Shown here one piece after another: positions 51,999 through 64,000 of a DNA stretch of 64,000 bases. The stretch's first letter is position 1. The number at the start of each line of letters is the position of its first letter. The DNA is from Ylistrum balloti (taxonomy: Eukaryota). Where the stretch lies: assembly GCF_031769215.1 (NCBI RefSeq), contig NW_026781950.1, forward strand, positions 1,550,001 to 1,614,000. Direction: 5' to 3'. The notes under the pieces were generated by a model. It was not told the origin of the DNA, did no database searches, and saw only the letters and a program-made list of their open reading frames with translations. The position numbers were made by a program, and so were the translations under genes.

Positions 51999-54900
51999 TA
52001 GCACTTCAGAATAGGATATGGTGATGTACAGATGGAAAATGATTTTCTTATAAAAGGGAGTGTTGGGGATTGATCAAAAGCTCTTTGAAGTTATTTAAAA
52101 CTTACTTTTAATTCCATTAATTCAGCAATCAATACCACAATAAGACGCTATCCCAGATTTGCTAGTACTAAAAATGTCAGTAAGAAGGATTGGTTAAACA
52201 GCTAGAGAGCCACCAATAAAACGCTAATTATAATGATTTCTGTGAAGTAACAGGATCCGGTGTAATCGGGGAAGGTCCGTATCCGTATCATTAATAGGCG
52301 ATCTATATGATTGTAAAACTAAAACTGGCAAGCCTAGCCGTTTTTGTATACAGGAAATTCCGACAAGGATCTAGTTCTTGGACGCCTTATTAGCAGACAA
52401 AATAACATCATGATTGAGAGACACTGGTCTGTTTTTTTTGCTTTGATTTCTTAATTCATGCTCCTCATGCTCCTAATTCGTTATAAAATGGATTTAATTC
52501 ACTCTGCAGTTGACAATTATGGATGAACTGGACACGGAGACTCGAAGTAACTGTAGGAAATCACCGGGGTATTTCTTCTCATCTTTGAAAGTATGGCGGA
52601 ACGTCAGACTTCCGGTGTAAAATATTACTGCTATTAATATTTGCAAACTCAGCTTTCATGGACGATCATGTGAACATTGCATCACTCGCATGCTCTTTTT
52701 TTTAAAAAGAAAATAGATGCTTGAGAAATGTATCGACAGTGAAGAGACAAGTTTTCGTTCAATTATCATTCTCATTCATCCGAAATGTGACATGACATCA
52801 AATTGGGGAATGGAAATAATTTGTGTCAGTATTATAACCACGATATACCCGTTCGAAACTTTTCATTAACATGTACATATAATGTCCGGGCGATGGGTGT
52901 TTAGAGCAACGATGTTTCCAATTGACCCCTCGACGTCATGGATGTAAGAAACAATACTTTGATCGAAAACGTGCGAGAAGCTTTAGCAAGATGACCAAGA
53001 TTTCTAACATATTCCTCAAAACAGGTTGTAAATCATCCTCTTTATTTTCTAATTATTTCTTTTACCGTTGTAATCATGATATATTGCCAGAAATTTCAAA
53101 ACACAGTAGTGTTCACGGTCATAAACAATCATTTATGTCAATTCAAAGAGAAAGGGGAGTCTTTTTAGAACTTAAGAGTCTCTGCCGTACAGTCTGGAAA
53201 TAAAAGTCATTATTTTCTGGTCATTTTTCTTTGAACTTCAGAATTTGAGTAATAAAGTTTCTTTTCTAGAAAAGGTTCAATGATATATACATGACCTGAC
53301 AACAGCTATCAAGGCAATGATTTTTTACTGTGTAATCTTGATAGTATATTATTTAAGATAGTATAGTTTCCCTTATATATTTATTAAATAGTTCGGTAAA
53401 TCTACGGTATCAAAATTTGTCAAACTAGAAAACTGGTGTCGAAGGTTAAGGATGAAATTATCTTTCTGGTGCGTCTATTGAAGGTTTACGTTCTGCGTAG
53501 TATCTATAATTGTTTCATAGATCGAGAAATATGGATATTACATATTATCAGCTTTATCAATTGATATTACCAACAGACACTTTAATCACCATGTTAACTG
53601 CAGTTAGGAATACGCGTTAAAATTCTTCATTATGGCGCCGGGATATTTATGGAATATTATAGCAACCGCTTTTTGATTGGTATATTGTTTTGCTTCACAA
53701 GTTCATATTTGTATGTAAAATCGAAATTACGTAAAATTAGTTTGTTATTACAAATACAAATTGCGTTCAATAAAACTAGTTTAACATCTATATCATACAC
53801 GCGGTATGCCGCAGGAGCTTGTTTGTAAACATCATACAGCAAAATAGCGGTAGTGATGGTGAGGCGATGTTGAATGAAAATATTGCTCGGTCAGACAAGA
53901 ATGACGAGGGTGCTGTATAACTCGGTTAACAATTCTAAAAAATTCGTTGCTAATAAAATTCACCGAATATTTTTTTCCAAGTCAGTTGGCATATTTTGGC
54001 AGTATTAACGTTCCTAAATGGTATTACTTAAGTCATTTTAAACATTGTTTCCTACGCAGTGTAGCTAATGTTATATGTAAGAAACGACAAGTCACTCCGC
54101 TAGTTAACATACATTGCAAATATGTAAGTATGTAAATAATTTTGTTTTTCCGGATGTGTCAAACTGGATGATTGTCAGGGATAAATGGATGCCAAAACAG
54201 GCAAGTATATATTGTCGTCATTCATAATACAATTTAACATCGTTTGATTTCCCTCAGTACCAAAGTATCGTTTTACTTAAGTCTGATGTATTAAAGAAAA
54301 TATCTCACCTTTGTTTGACAATTTGTATGCCACGAAATCTTCATTGGCCTATGCATTGGAAAAATAAAGTTCATTTATTGCCTGTATGACGGAGTTAATT
54401 TTCAATGTACATCGGTAGAAATCGGTGGGATGTATACAGTTAGTTCATCACGGATTTATTAATGTAAACAGTTGTGATAAACGTTTTACATTAAGCACCA
54501 CATTTCATCAAAATTGATAATGAAGTTGCCTCATTGTAGAGGAATTAAATGTCCATTTTAATGCATTTCTGCGTAAACATCATTTCCGTTTAAGTTACCC
54601 ATATTAAATGAAAAAAAAATCCAGTGCCTCGACTGTTTTTTCATACCTGAAGCGGTATAATGGCAACACATGCAATCGACTTCATCATGAAAAAAAAAAA
54701 AAAAAACAAGACAAAAACGCTGGTATGCACTTACTGAGGGTGCCTATTATCGTCAAAATAATATTATTTAAAAAAAAGAGCACACCTTCTTTGGGGTGTC
54801 GTGTTGTGGAAACTTTTGAATTTGGTTCCTGTGAAGGAGTTATGAGGCTATTTCTACCTCCGATTTTTAATATGCTTCAGAATGAGTATATCAAAAGGTC

Positions 54901-55384
54901 CAACTCAATGAAAGAAGTCGGAGATATAAATAGAATTAAAACCAGAACCAACTTATGGCGTCACAAGGCACAGATACCCAATTGCCATAATTAGGTGCGT
55001 TAGAAAATATATCTTAATAAGACACATTGTATTATAGAAATAATATTAAACAAGACAAACAAACCGAATATTCGCAATAAGTTCCCATCTTTGTGGGCGC
55101 TGAATCCACTTACCTTTGGGAATTGAATTTACATAAAAAGGGATAATTTTACAACATCATTAGTGATATAAATTAGTTGTCTCCTATTTCTTTAAATGTA
55201 GCACCTGCTTCAGAACACTTTTTGTTGAATGAATAGAACAAATGGTAGCACACCGAACATCCGTCGTTACAATATCACATTTAATACTTTTAATATTACG
55301 TTGGGATTGGTTGGATTATATCGCACTAAGAATCTGTTAAAGTCACAGAAAATTGACAAGCGCATGAAACTATTTTCATGCTGG

Positions 55385-55600
55385 TATGTTTGATTCTCTA
55401 TAGTTTGTCTGTTGGTTCCGTTGTTGTATACCTTGCTCTCATTTGAGAACGTGAAATTTCTTGGACTGACCATGCTTAACATTCGGATGTCGTGGATGAA
55501 GCAGAAAACACTAACTCTTCCGGAACATATGATCTTATCCTTCTCGTACTTTGGTATTTTCAATAGTTTTTTATATCTTGATAACAAGCATTATCCTCTC
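55385..55600 (+). mobile_element. Penelope-like family A 3' region
   Basis: TAGTTTGTCTGTTGGTTCCGTTGTTGTATACCTTG and GATGTCGTGGATGAAGCAGAAAACACTAACTCTTCCGGAACAT match the other copies. Confidence 0.72.
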
Positions 55601-57004
55601 TTCGGGTTTGAATATCAGACTTCGTTTGACTATGAGGTGATATGCAGGACAGTGACAATGTCAGGGATGGTTTCATGTTCCGTTATACATCAAAGCCATG
55701 CTGTGCACCACTCTTAAATGCAAATATAAAGTCTACATTGCATACCTGATTAAAATCGAAGCTTTATTGACGTTTACATGTAGAAGTACAATTTGACGTA
55801 TGAAACTTTTCAATGACAAGATCAGAAGATTGATCGAGAAGAAAGATTTTATCACATTTCCTAACTTCAACAAAAATGCATTGTAAGGAATGACCCGTGA
55901 AATAACAGAAACCAGAAAACAAAAATTAAACATCAAAGCTGTTTTGAACAGCTGGAAGTGCCAGCAATTAACCGTTGTTTATATGGAGTCTTGGAAAGTT
56001 AAGAGTGTAGGAATTCAATAAAAACGATGAATGTCCGTGAATGATAAATCCAAATGACTGTAAAACTAATGAATGATTTACCAGCCTTTCCTCTCTGGAA
56101 GGACAGTTTAATATGGAGTAAATTCAGACCTAGAATCTAAAAACTTGTTTTCTTAGGGGTGGAATCAAGGCCATACTTTACCAGAAAGCTATAAGGTGCC
56201 ATGTTTGTAAGACGTGCCGAAATGTCAAACGCAAAAGATGGGCAAATATCGGTTAGTTATGAATCGCTCCGGTATACTTAAATGTCTATTCATCGACACC
56301 TCCGAGTTTTCCTTAATTCAATAAAAAAATTCACAATGAAATATCACTCGCATTAAGTTTATTCCGAGAACACTTCATTGACGCACAAAGCTATATTCTC
56401 GTACGGTTTACCGTAATCTTAGTCATTGGGAATTTAAAGCATACACGAAGGACAGAAAATGACGGTGTAAAAATACTTATCCAAGAGGTTTTGTCATCTA
56501 GTGCTTAAAAATATAACATTTACTAAAAATAGACTGAGGTATGATATAGTATATAGTGCTTTAATAACTCTTTTTATAGTTCTATTAGTGCAATCGATAT
56601 TTTCTATTCATCAATGTAACAATACCAATGCGTCATTGATGAACTGAAAATACACGAGAGCGTGACGTTTTGCCATAATGGATATATGTATGTGCTTGGT
56701 ACTTCATCAGCTGCTGGGAATCACCTAACATTACGAGGCTCGTATCACTGATGTCACAGTGAACGAAGGTGAGATTGTTGCGAAGGTGAGATTGTTGTAC
56801 TTTTGGAGGCACCTTACAAAATAACGATAAAAAGTGTTCGTTATAGAGGACTCAAATGAAGGCATCTAGTAAAAATAAAGCAATTATGATGCACATGTGT
56901 AATTTTGCAGAAAATAGCAAAACATAAAGGTATGAAACAAACGAAATTATACTGATGTAATGGAGAAAAGAATACAAGTCGTACTTAAATATAGTGTGCC
57001 ACAC

Positions 57005-57090
57005 GCTTGTCTTCTTCTTCAGAATATTTTATTGTCTTGATGATGACAAATGGAATTGGGCAACAGGCAGAGCCTATGAAAGCCCTCTCC
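57005..57090 (-). mobile_element. Possible LINE 3' terminus
   Basis: Minus strand reads GGGC-TTTCAT-AGGC-TCT-GCCT-GTT-GCCC (nested hairpin), then AATAAAATATT and a (GAA)n tail. This arrangement is typical of LINE 3' ends; no ORF support. Confidence 0.35.
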
Positions 57091-57454
57091 GTACAACTTA
57101 AACAAGTACACAGACACATCAATCAAAATTAAAGATATTAAATAATATTGATAGCATTACATGAATAAAAAGTTCATAAGAATAATTGTCTAACAGAAAT
57201 ATAAGGCAAGCATCACCAGCATTTATATTATAGTGTTAGAGAGTAGTAAGATTAGATAGGTAATATAATTACATATGATGGGGTCAAAGTTTGTCAATTT
57301 ATCACGGCACAGGCTGCAGGTTCAAACGCTGGTCTGTATCTTGTGATTCATATAAATGATAGTACAACACAGCAGTGAAATCCAATATTACAATTCAAGC
57401 AACGATACCAACTTCTGTAGAGGATAATTAATCACTGTATTACGAAGAACACGA

Positions 57455-57500
57455 CCAAGTGTTCCGGGAAAGGAGGCGTCTTCACCCTCGCCGACTTTAT
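57455..57500 (-). mobile_element. 3' end fragment of Penelope-like family A
   Basis: GACCAAGTGTTCCGGGAAAGGAGGCGTCTTCACCCTCGCCGAC resembles the reverse complement of the shared 3' block. Confidence 0.55.
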
Positions 57501-58031
57501 CAGACGTATGAATCTGTCATTTACACTAAACATGTTTGTATCATTCAGCAGATCTCCACAGCAAATAAATGTATATAAATAGAGACTTTATAACGTATTT
57601 TTGTCAAATTCACCTTTTATCAACATTGTTTCTGTCAGTTAAAATCAGCAAAATGTCAAGCATTTCTTTTATTTTTGTTTGTTTTTTATTTCTTTTTTAC
57701 TACATTTGTAAAGCACATGGTAAATAACGTTGTTTAGGTCAGATAAGATAATTATTAACATTTTTGACAGAAAAAGAAAATCTTATTGAACATATAAACA
57801 AGACTGTTCTGGTCTTCAATTGATTGTCAAGGAAAGTAATGTTAAACGGCAAAACATCAGTCACTGAAAAATAACGACTAAACATGATACTAGAATTTAT
57901 AGATAAAATATGTATTATGTAATTTTTAAGAAAAGCAATTATCTGTGTCAATGTGTATTTATTAAAACAAAAACAAATTAGGACGGAAGACAACATTGTG
58001 AACATGAAACCATTTCTAGAGCTCTTAGATA

Positions 58032-58160
58032 TCGTACAAAAGAGTACCACTTTTTAATACAAATTTAGAGTTACATACAGTAAAGCCAGGCAATGAAGAT
58101 ATCGCATTATATAGCTAGGTCGTCCTTCTCGGACTTCTGCCATTGAATTGCATTGCATGG
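58032..58160 (-). repeat. Hammerhead-repeat family, degenerate copy (core ~58151-58104)
   Basis: Minus strand: TTCA-ATGGCAGAA-GTCC-GAGAA-GGAC-GACCT-AGCT-ATA-TAATGC, then CATTGCCTGGCTTTACTGTATGTAACTCTAAATTTG..CTTTTGTACGA, colinear with the 3' flank of the other copies. Confidence 0.75.
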
Positions 58161-59029
58161 ATATCTTCAGTTTAACATCTAGCATATTTGCCTCTCCGAA
58201 CTAATAGAAACCAATAGCATATTGGCTGTGATAAAGATTGTAACGATAATTAAGTGTGAAGCAGTGCTTACATATTTCAATCTGGAGAAGAAAAGGGAAT
58301 AAACAAATCCATATCTTGAATTGAGACTGACAATCCCTAATTCAAACCCAAATCGGCTTTAAAAATCTTCTCGCTGCTCTTTGTGCACGCATATAGTTAT
58401 CAAATTTTGAACCAAATGGCCTTGAACATAAATATGACATTTCCTATTTTATGATCTTTTGTAATTATATCTTATAAATAATTGCAGAGTAGAAAATTGG
58501 ATTTAATCATTTTTTCACATTGACTGAGAAGAGCATAGCTATAAATTTCATTATCAGGAAATTGCGAAAAAGAAAAACTAACTCGGGGAGAAATAACTAG
58601 GATGTTAAATTATAACGAGGAGATATTTATTATATCGGCGAAACTTAATCTAAAAAAATGTAAAACCATCTTGCAACAAACGTTAATCAGACTTAGCGTT
58701 TTATATCTGTTTGAATTTATATGGTAGTTTATGTTCTTCGATAATTAATCCTGATAAGAAAAGTCTAAAACCTAGTAAACCAATATTTCTGGATGAACTA
58801 AATAACGAGCAAATGAATAATATAATGCAGTGCATTAATACAATTGTGAAAGTTGGCCAAAATATTACAAATTGTTTAATCTGCACGTTTCTGAAAGTGT
58901 TCAAAAATACAAACGTTGCAACAAATTTTTTTTTCCCATTTTAGAAACTGTAGATTTTAATTGCCATCGGTCAAATATTAATTCTGTAATAAACACATTA
59001 GTTAAGTACAAATTCATGTTGTCGTCGTA

Positions 59030-59590
59030 ATCAAAGTCACGACTGAATCTTCTACATAAGCTTCCTACAACGAAACAAACATAGACAGCTTTCCATCAAG
59101 CTGTATGATAAACGAGAAGATTTCAATTTCCCTATTGTGAATTTTCCATTTTTGGATAGCAATATTCCTGCATCCCCAATCTATGGTGATAATATCTCAC
59201 AGTTTATTCAATACTATATGGCCTGATCTTCAAACAAGAAGTCGTCAACTGGTTGACAAACTCGTGACACAGGGTTTAAAAAGATGCAGGCTGATGAAAA
59301 TTATAGAAGTTTTATGATCGCCATAGTGATCTCATTGAGAAACCTATTTCTTTGTGCAATATTTGATTTTGTGTTTGATGCTAGTTAGTTTGCCTGTTGG
59401 TTTCGTTGTTGTATACTTGTTTTATTACTTGCATGGATTGACCTTAGTTTGCATTTTGAGTGTCTTCAGGAATACCTGGTTTTATTCTTCCTGCAGTTTT
59501 ACAGGAGTCTCCATGTCAATCTTTTAAAACATATTTTGCCATAGTTTATGATTATTTTGACATGTTTATATTTCTGTTGTGTTTTACAAA
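59030..59590 (+). mobile_element. Penelope-like family A, best-preserved 5'-truncated copy (RT thumb plus 3' UTR)
   Basis: IKVTTESST*ASY..KLYDKREDFNFPIVNFPFLDSNIPASPIYGDNISQFIQY..RSRQLVDKLVTQG..KFYDRHSDLIEK, with stops and frameshifts. The YDKR.DFNF.IVNFP motif is characteristic of the C-terminal RT region of invertebrate Penelope-like elements. A Naiad/Chlamys-type placement is my inference. Confidence 0.85.
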
Positions 59591-60525
59591 AAAAAACCTG
59601 TAACTACTTATAATACGTTATACACCAGTAACAGATTTACCCTTTTTAAATTTTCAGACGAACCTACACACCAATTTCAAAGAATCTCAACCATTTTTTC
59701 CTTACAAGTATGATGATTCAAAATCATTTCCATCTATAGATTAATTGATCTGAGTTGGCCGAAACAGTGCAATATGTTGTGGTAGCCTCTCAGTGACGAA
59801 GTCGTGGCCAGTCATATAAATAAACAAAGTTTAAGACGTTGTTATCACTGATAAAATCATGACGATGGAAAAAAAACCTACCCAGATCAAAGATGTACAT
59901 GTAAGGTTTGATACTTTCTACCAATGACAGTTTGAATTTCTCAGGAAACTTAGCAAAACACTTCACACTCATTGTTCGGAATACTCTTGATAGAAACCTC
60001 CTATGTTGATAGGTAAGGTAGCAGCAACAAGCAAATAAAAAGAGGCCCCAGCCTTCTTTAACGCAATTTCTTATACTCTGAAACTCAACTGGCGGAATTT
60101 AGTGATCTATTTTGCCAATATTTCGTACCTTTCAATTTTATTCAATTTTTCCAAATCATAGAAGATCTAATTTAATGATCGAATTGATGCACCGACATTT
60201 AAGTATTTGTAATTTGACATTTGCTTATGCCAAATCGGATTTTCCGAGCACGATGTTTTGGTTTTCACTGTTTAAGGTCCTACCGTCACTAACGGGCTCT
60301 TCATTGCTGAAATAAATGTGATACATACTGAATCAGTATTGTTGACCTAAATTTTCATGGACTTATAAATTTGTAAGATTCACGTGTGTCTTTGGAATTT
60401 GGAGGGAGTGAACTCTCCTTGATGATGAATTGGTCCCACAGGTTTGAAAAATTGCATGACATTCGCATCGGGATTTTAATGTGTTTGGGGAAAAAAACCA
60501 CACACACCACCAAATTCACCACCTC

Positions 60526-60534
60526 GCACGCACG

Positions 60535-60583
<49 letters not shown>
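60526..60583. repeat. (GCAC)n(CA)n compound microsatellite
   Basis: Direct read; explains the His-Thr and Cys-Val ORFs listed here. Confidence 0.95.
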
Positions 60584-60586
<3 letters not shown>

Positions 60587-61619
60587 CAAAGACATATAAA
60601 AATGAACAAATACCAATAATTGCATGCCTTTTCTTTGTTCTGAATATTGCGATGTTTAAACTAAGAATAGTAAATAGCGGAACGGTTAAGGATATACATT
60701 TGTTTATGACGTTCTTTAAGGATAAACCTTTTAAGTATTCCTATCTTTGGCATATACTGTATCTAAATTTGTATTGTGCTATGTTTTTCCTATCGTAAGC
60801 GTCAAGAGAAACAATCAAAGATGTCAATTACTGCCTGTTATGCTTCGTTGAACGTCAGTCATTGTGTTGCTGTATGGCATATTGATATGATTCAGATATC
60901 ATCTGCGTTTGGATTTTTTTGTCCCGGTTGAATATCTGTAATGCATGTTACCAATGTCTAGACAGTATTTGTATCAAGAAAAGAGTACCTGTCACGCTAA
61001 AAGGTTCTGTTCAGATGAGTTGATTGTCTATATGCCTCGTTCATCAAGTGCACAAATCTTTATCCCGTTCCAAGGATTTTTGGCTCATCGAGTTCGAACA
61101 GTGTTCTTTGATGGTTGCCAACTTTGCATTACCGATGTATTTACACTTTTTGTTATCGGCATTGATGTTTATATCTGAATTCTTCCGTCGCTGCAATGAT
61201 AAACTTTGCTAAGTGTTCACGCTTAATATCTCAAATAAAACTATCTTTGACAAACTGACGCTCGATAAAAACGACCTCGTACGGGATAAAATGCAATCGT
61301 AACAGCATTGGAGACCTATGAAGCTATGAAAAGAGTAACCATGACCTTTGTTACGAAATGAAACCATATTGTGGTAATTGATCGTATTTGAAGTTGTATT
61401 GCAAATAGTAGATCATCTTCGGCCGCTTCAATAAATATGAGATGGAACAGAAAACAGACTCCAGATTCTTCATGGTCCGCACTTTTAATTGCATCACAAT
61501 TGCAGTTTTGAGAAACAATCTTATTTCATATTCCTTAAAATAATATGAGAAGACTATTATATGTCTTTAAATACCTTTCAATACATGTCTAGAATAATCA
61601 ACGATATTCTTTAAATTAC

Positions 61620-61893
61620 TTAGATTTCGCAAATTCTTTGTTTCGTTAACATATCCATTCAGATAAATTCGCGAATACATGATTTCGCAAACTCTGATGT
61701 CGAAATGACTTCAAATTCGCAACCAATGAGGTATTAGAGATCATGACTCTTCCAAGACTCCGATATCAGTAACAGGATCAACATTATTCATTTTCGTACA
61801 AATGATCGCGAGGGAATTAAATTCGCTATTGATTATCCTCGCGTTTGAAAGCGAAAATAAATCCCACACGAAATATATATGTGATTTACAGTA
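61620..61893. mobile_element. Probable MITE remnant
   Basis: Multiple TTCGCG/TTCGCA/CGCGAG motifs and a terminus CACGAAATATATATGTGATTTACAGTA of the TACTGTAAA...TTTACAGTA type. The left terminus is not preserved. Confidence 0.4.
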
Positions 61894-62649
61894 ACCAAAT
61901 AATGAGTACAACTGATCATACAAATGTCATCGAAACTTTCCGAAAGAAATGTCTAAATCTAGACAGGGAAGCGCACTAGTATTTTTGAAAATACCAGATG
62001 GGTTCAAAAGAACTCAAGCATATTTGTACATTTCGAACCGTCCAATCATTAATGCGAAATACTTCAAATTTGGCATGTAAAAATGTAAGGAATCCACCAT
62101 TGTCTACCACAGGCCACCCAGAGAATTGTACAAATGACACTCAAGAGATTTGCACCAGAATGAGTAGATTTGTCCAGAACTCGCTAGTTTGGTATAGGAC
62201 AATGAGATAATCTGGCAGAGATAGAGATAGATGTTTAGATATCGATATTTCACTGTTGATATTGTTTCATCGATTGTGAGTTTCACTTGGGTTCTTTTCA
62301 TACAAAGTTACGTCATATTTTCTTGTAGTTTTGGAAATTGAATAATTAGATTAGACTTCTTCAAATCGAAACAATCAATATATGTCATTATTCATGATTT
62401 ATAATATGAAGTTAAACGTGACATGCGGGCTTTCAGCAAACATGAAGGGTCTAATTTAGGTCTAGTAAATTTTACATTCTGTTCGTGTGTTCTAATTAAA
62501 TACAATAGCCCGAGGCATCGATTTAGCCTTACAAACTACATGATCACGTGATGACGTAACAATAACGTCGCTGTTATTATTTACTACAGTGTAGTTGAAT
62601 ATACATATGTTCAGTATAAACGCTTATCTAAGATATAATTGACAAAACT

Positions 62650-62780
62650 TGTACATCAAATGTAACTCGAGTACCTAAACCAGCTATGTGATGCAGTTTG
62701 TATGGTCATTTGGCTCTGTTGTATCTAATTCTGATTTTGTATTCAAATTGCTATTCATTTGTGTGTCATTTGTACATGTA
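62650..62780 (+). repeat. Hammerhead-repeat family, degenerate copy (core 62653-62694)
   Basis: ACATCA...AAAC-CAGCT-ATG-TGATGC-AGTTTGTATGGTCATTTGGCTCTGTTGTATCTAATT..CTATTCATTTGTGTGTCATTTGTACA matches the 3' half of the family. Stem II and the core are lost. Confidence 0.7.
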
Positions 62781-64000
62781 CATCCCTCTTAATGGATAAT
62801 GAGAATTTAAAACTATATCATTTACTTTTCTATTGACTAGTGTAGTACCCATAGAAAACATTTCTCGTTGTAATTAATAGTGTTCGTACAACTGTACAGG
62901 TAGATAGTGAGATATCGAATATCTACAATCTTAGTCATGATGGTGAAAGGTGAGAGGTTTGTTCGTAAAGTCGATCGATAATTTAGTTCTCTTAATCAGT
63001 GATATTTTTAATACTCCATATTATAATCAGTTAAATGCAAAGTTACATCTATTTCTAGTAATTGTGAAAAGCAAATAATTGTTTTGAGAATGAAATAATG
63101 GCAGAGCAACAACCGGTTACATGCACTTCTACTGAGATGTCAAGGAGGTCGTATTTATATCTAAAATTGGACGTTGATTGAAATAAACTGTCTTCCGTTT
63201 CAGATGCGAACAAACAATTACGGACAGATACAAAGAAAAATAGAATTAAAAGACAAATGATTGTTCAGAGATCAACATCCTGACTGGTATTTGCTTTTGG
63301 TTAATCTTAAACAAATTAATTCCGTTGGTGATTTTAAGCGTTTTATGTGGTTTAAAATCAAATTAGAAGAGAAGGATTTATTTAGGCATTAGGTTACTGC
63401 GGTTTCTGGCTGCATGGAAAAGAATACTAGCACGATCACGGGATAATTAACACATGAGAGCTGAACCACAATGCTTTTTCGAATTATTGATGATGTCTAT
63501 TAACTATGGAATGCCGTATGGTAATGTGGAAAGTCTTCCCCAAGGTTAAAACTTTAGCATAGTTTGGCAATGTTTATGAATGTCAGAACTCCTATCTTTC
63601 TTTTGCTGTTGAATATTTTATTCTCCTGCTGGATTTGTGTGACCGTCAAGACGTCACGCACATAGAGAATACATTGCCAGTGTATAATTTTGCGTGGGTG
63701 AAGAAAGACAAAAGTAGCGAGTTTCTAGCGAGTCATTTTTGTCTTTCTGTGTAAAGCAAAAATAATCATATATTTGGAGACAATGACCATGTATTCCATT
63801 TATCCTGCAACTCATACTAGAATGTCAGACTATCGGTAGCTCAAAATTTTGTTAGGCCTGTTCAAACTTTGTTTATCAGACGTTGATGTAACGCTGAATT
63901 GTCCCTGGTGACACATGTGAAAAGAATTGCTCCGCGTGGAAATATAGTTTCAAATTTCAATGGATCTGAAAAGCAACGTTATCTATTTATTTACAGTTAT

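Noticed and set aside
60355-60798. His-Thr and Cys-Val repeat ORFs
   Set aside because: Translations of a (CA)n microsatellite.
63098-63290. ATG-containing exon, short intron and strong acceptor at ~63204
   Set aside because: All three frames after the acceptor close within ~80 nt; no protein similarity.

Overview
AT-rich eukaryotic intergenic DNA, most likely from a bivalve mollusc (inferred from the opsin type and SINE cores, not verified). Only one host gene is recognisable: a large coding exon (TM1-TM5) of an opsin, probably a xenopsin, at 1528-2214 on the minus strand. Its remaining exons lie left of the window. The other ~61 kb has no convincing host exon. It contains a decayed intron-containing Crypton tyrosine-recombinase transposon (21.2-22.8 kb), at least ten fragments of a Penelope-like retroelement family plus more divergent RT remnants, two tRNA-derived SINE families, MITE fragments, microsatellites, and a 2.2-kb 23-bp satellite with higher-order structure (49.8-52.0 kb). 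The most notable signal is invisible to the ORF track: a ~230-bp dispersed repeat with six copies. Their consensus rebuilds a complete minimal type-I hammerhead ribozyme, GCAUCA-CUGAUGA-GUCC-UAGAA-GGAC-GAAA-C-AGCU-G-UA/UGAUGC, with a palindromic loop 3. One copy lies in an apparent head-to-tail ~200-212-bp dimer, which suggests a retrozyme or Penelope pseudo-LTR family. No single copy here is catalytically intact. All alignments were done by eye and no database was searched.
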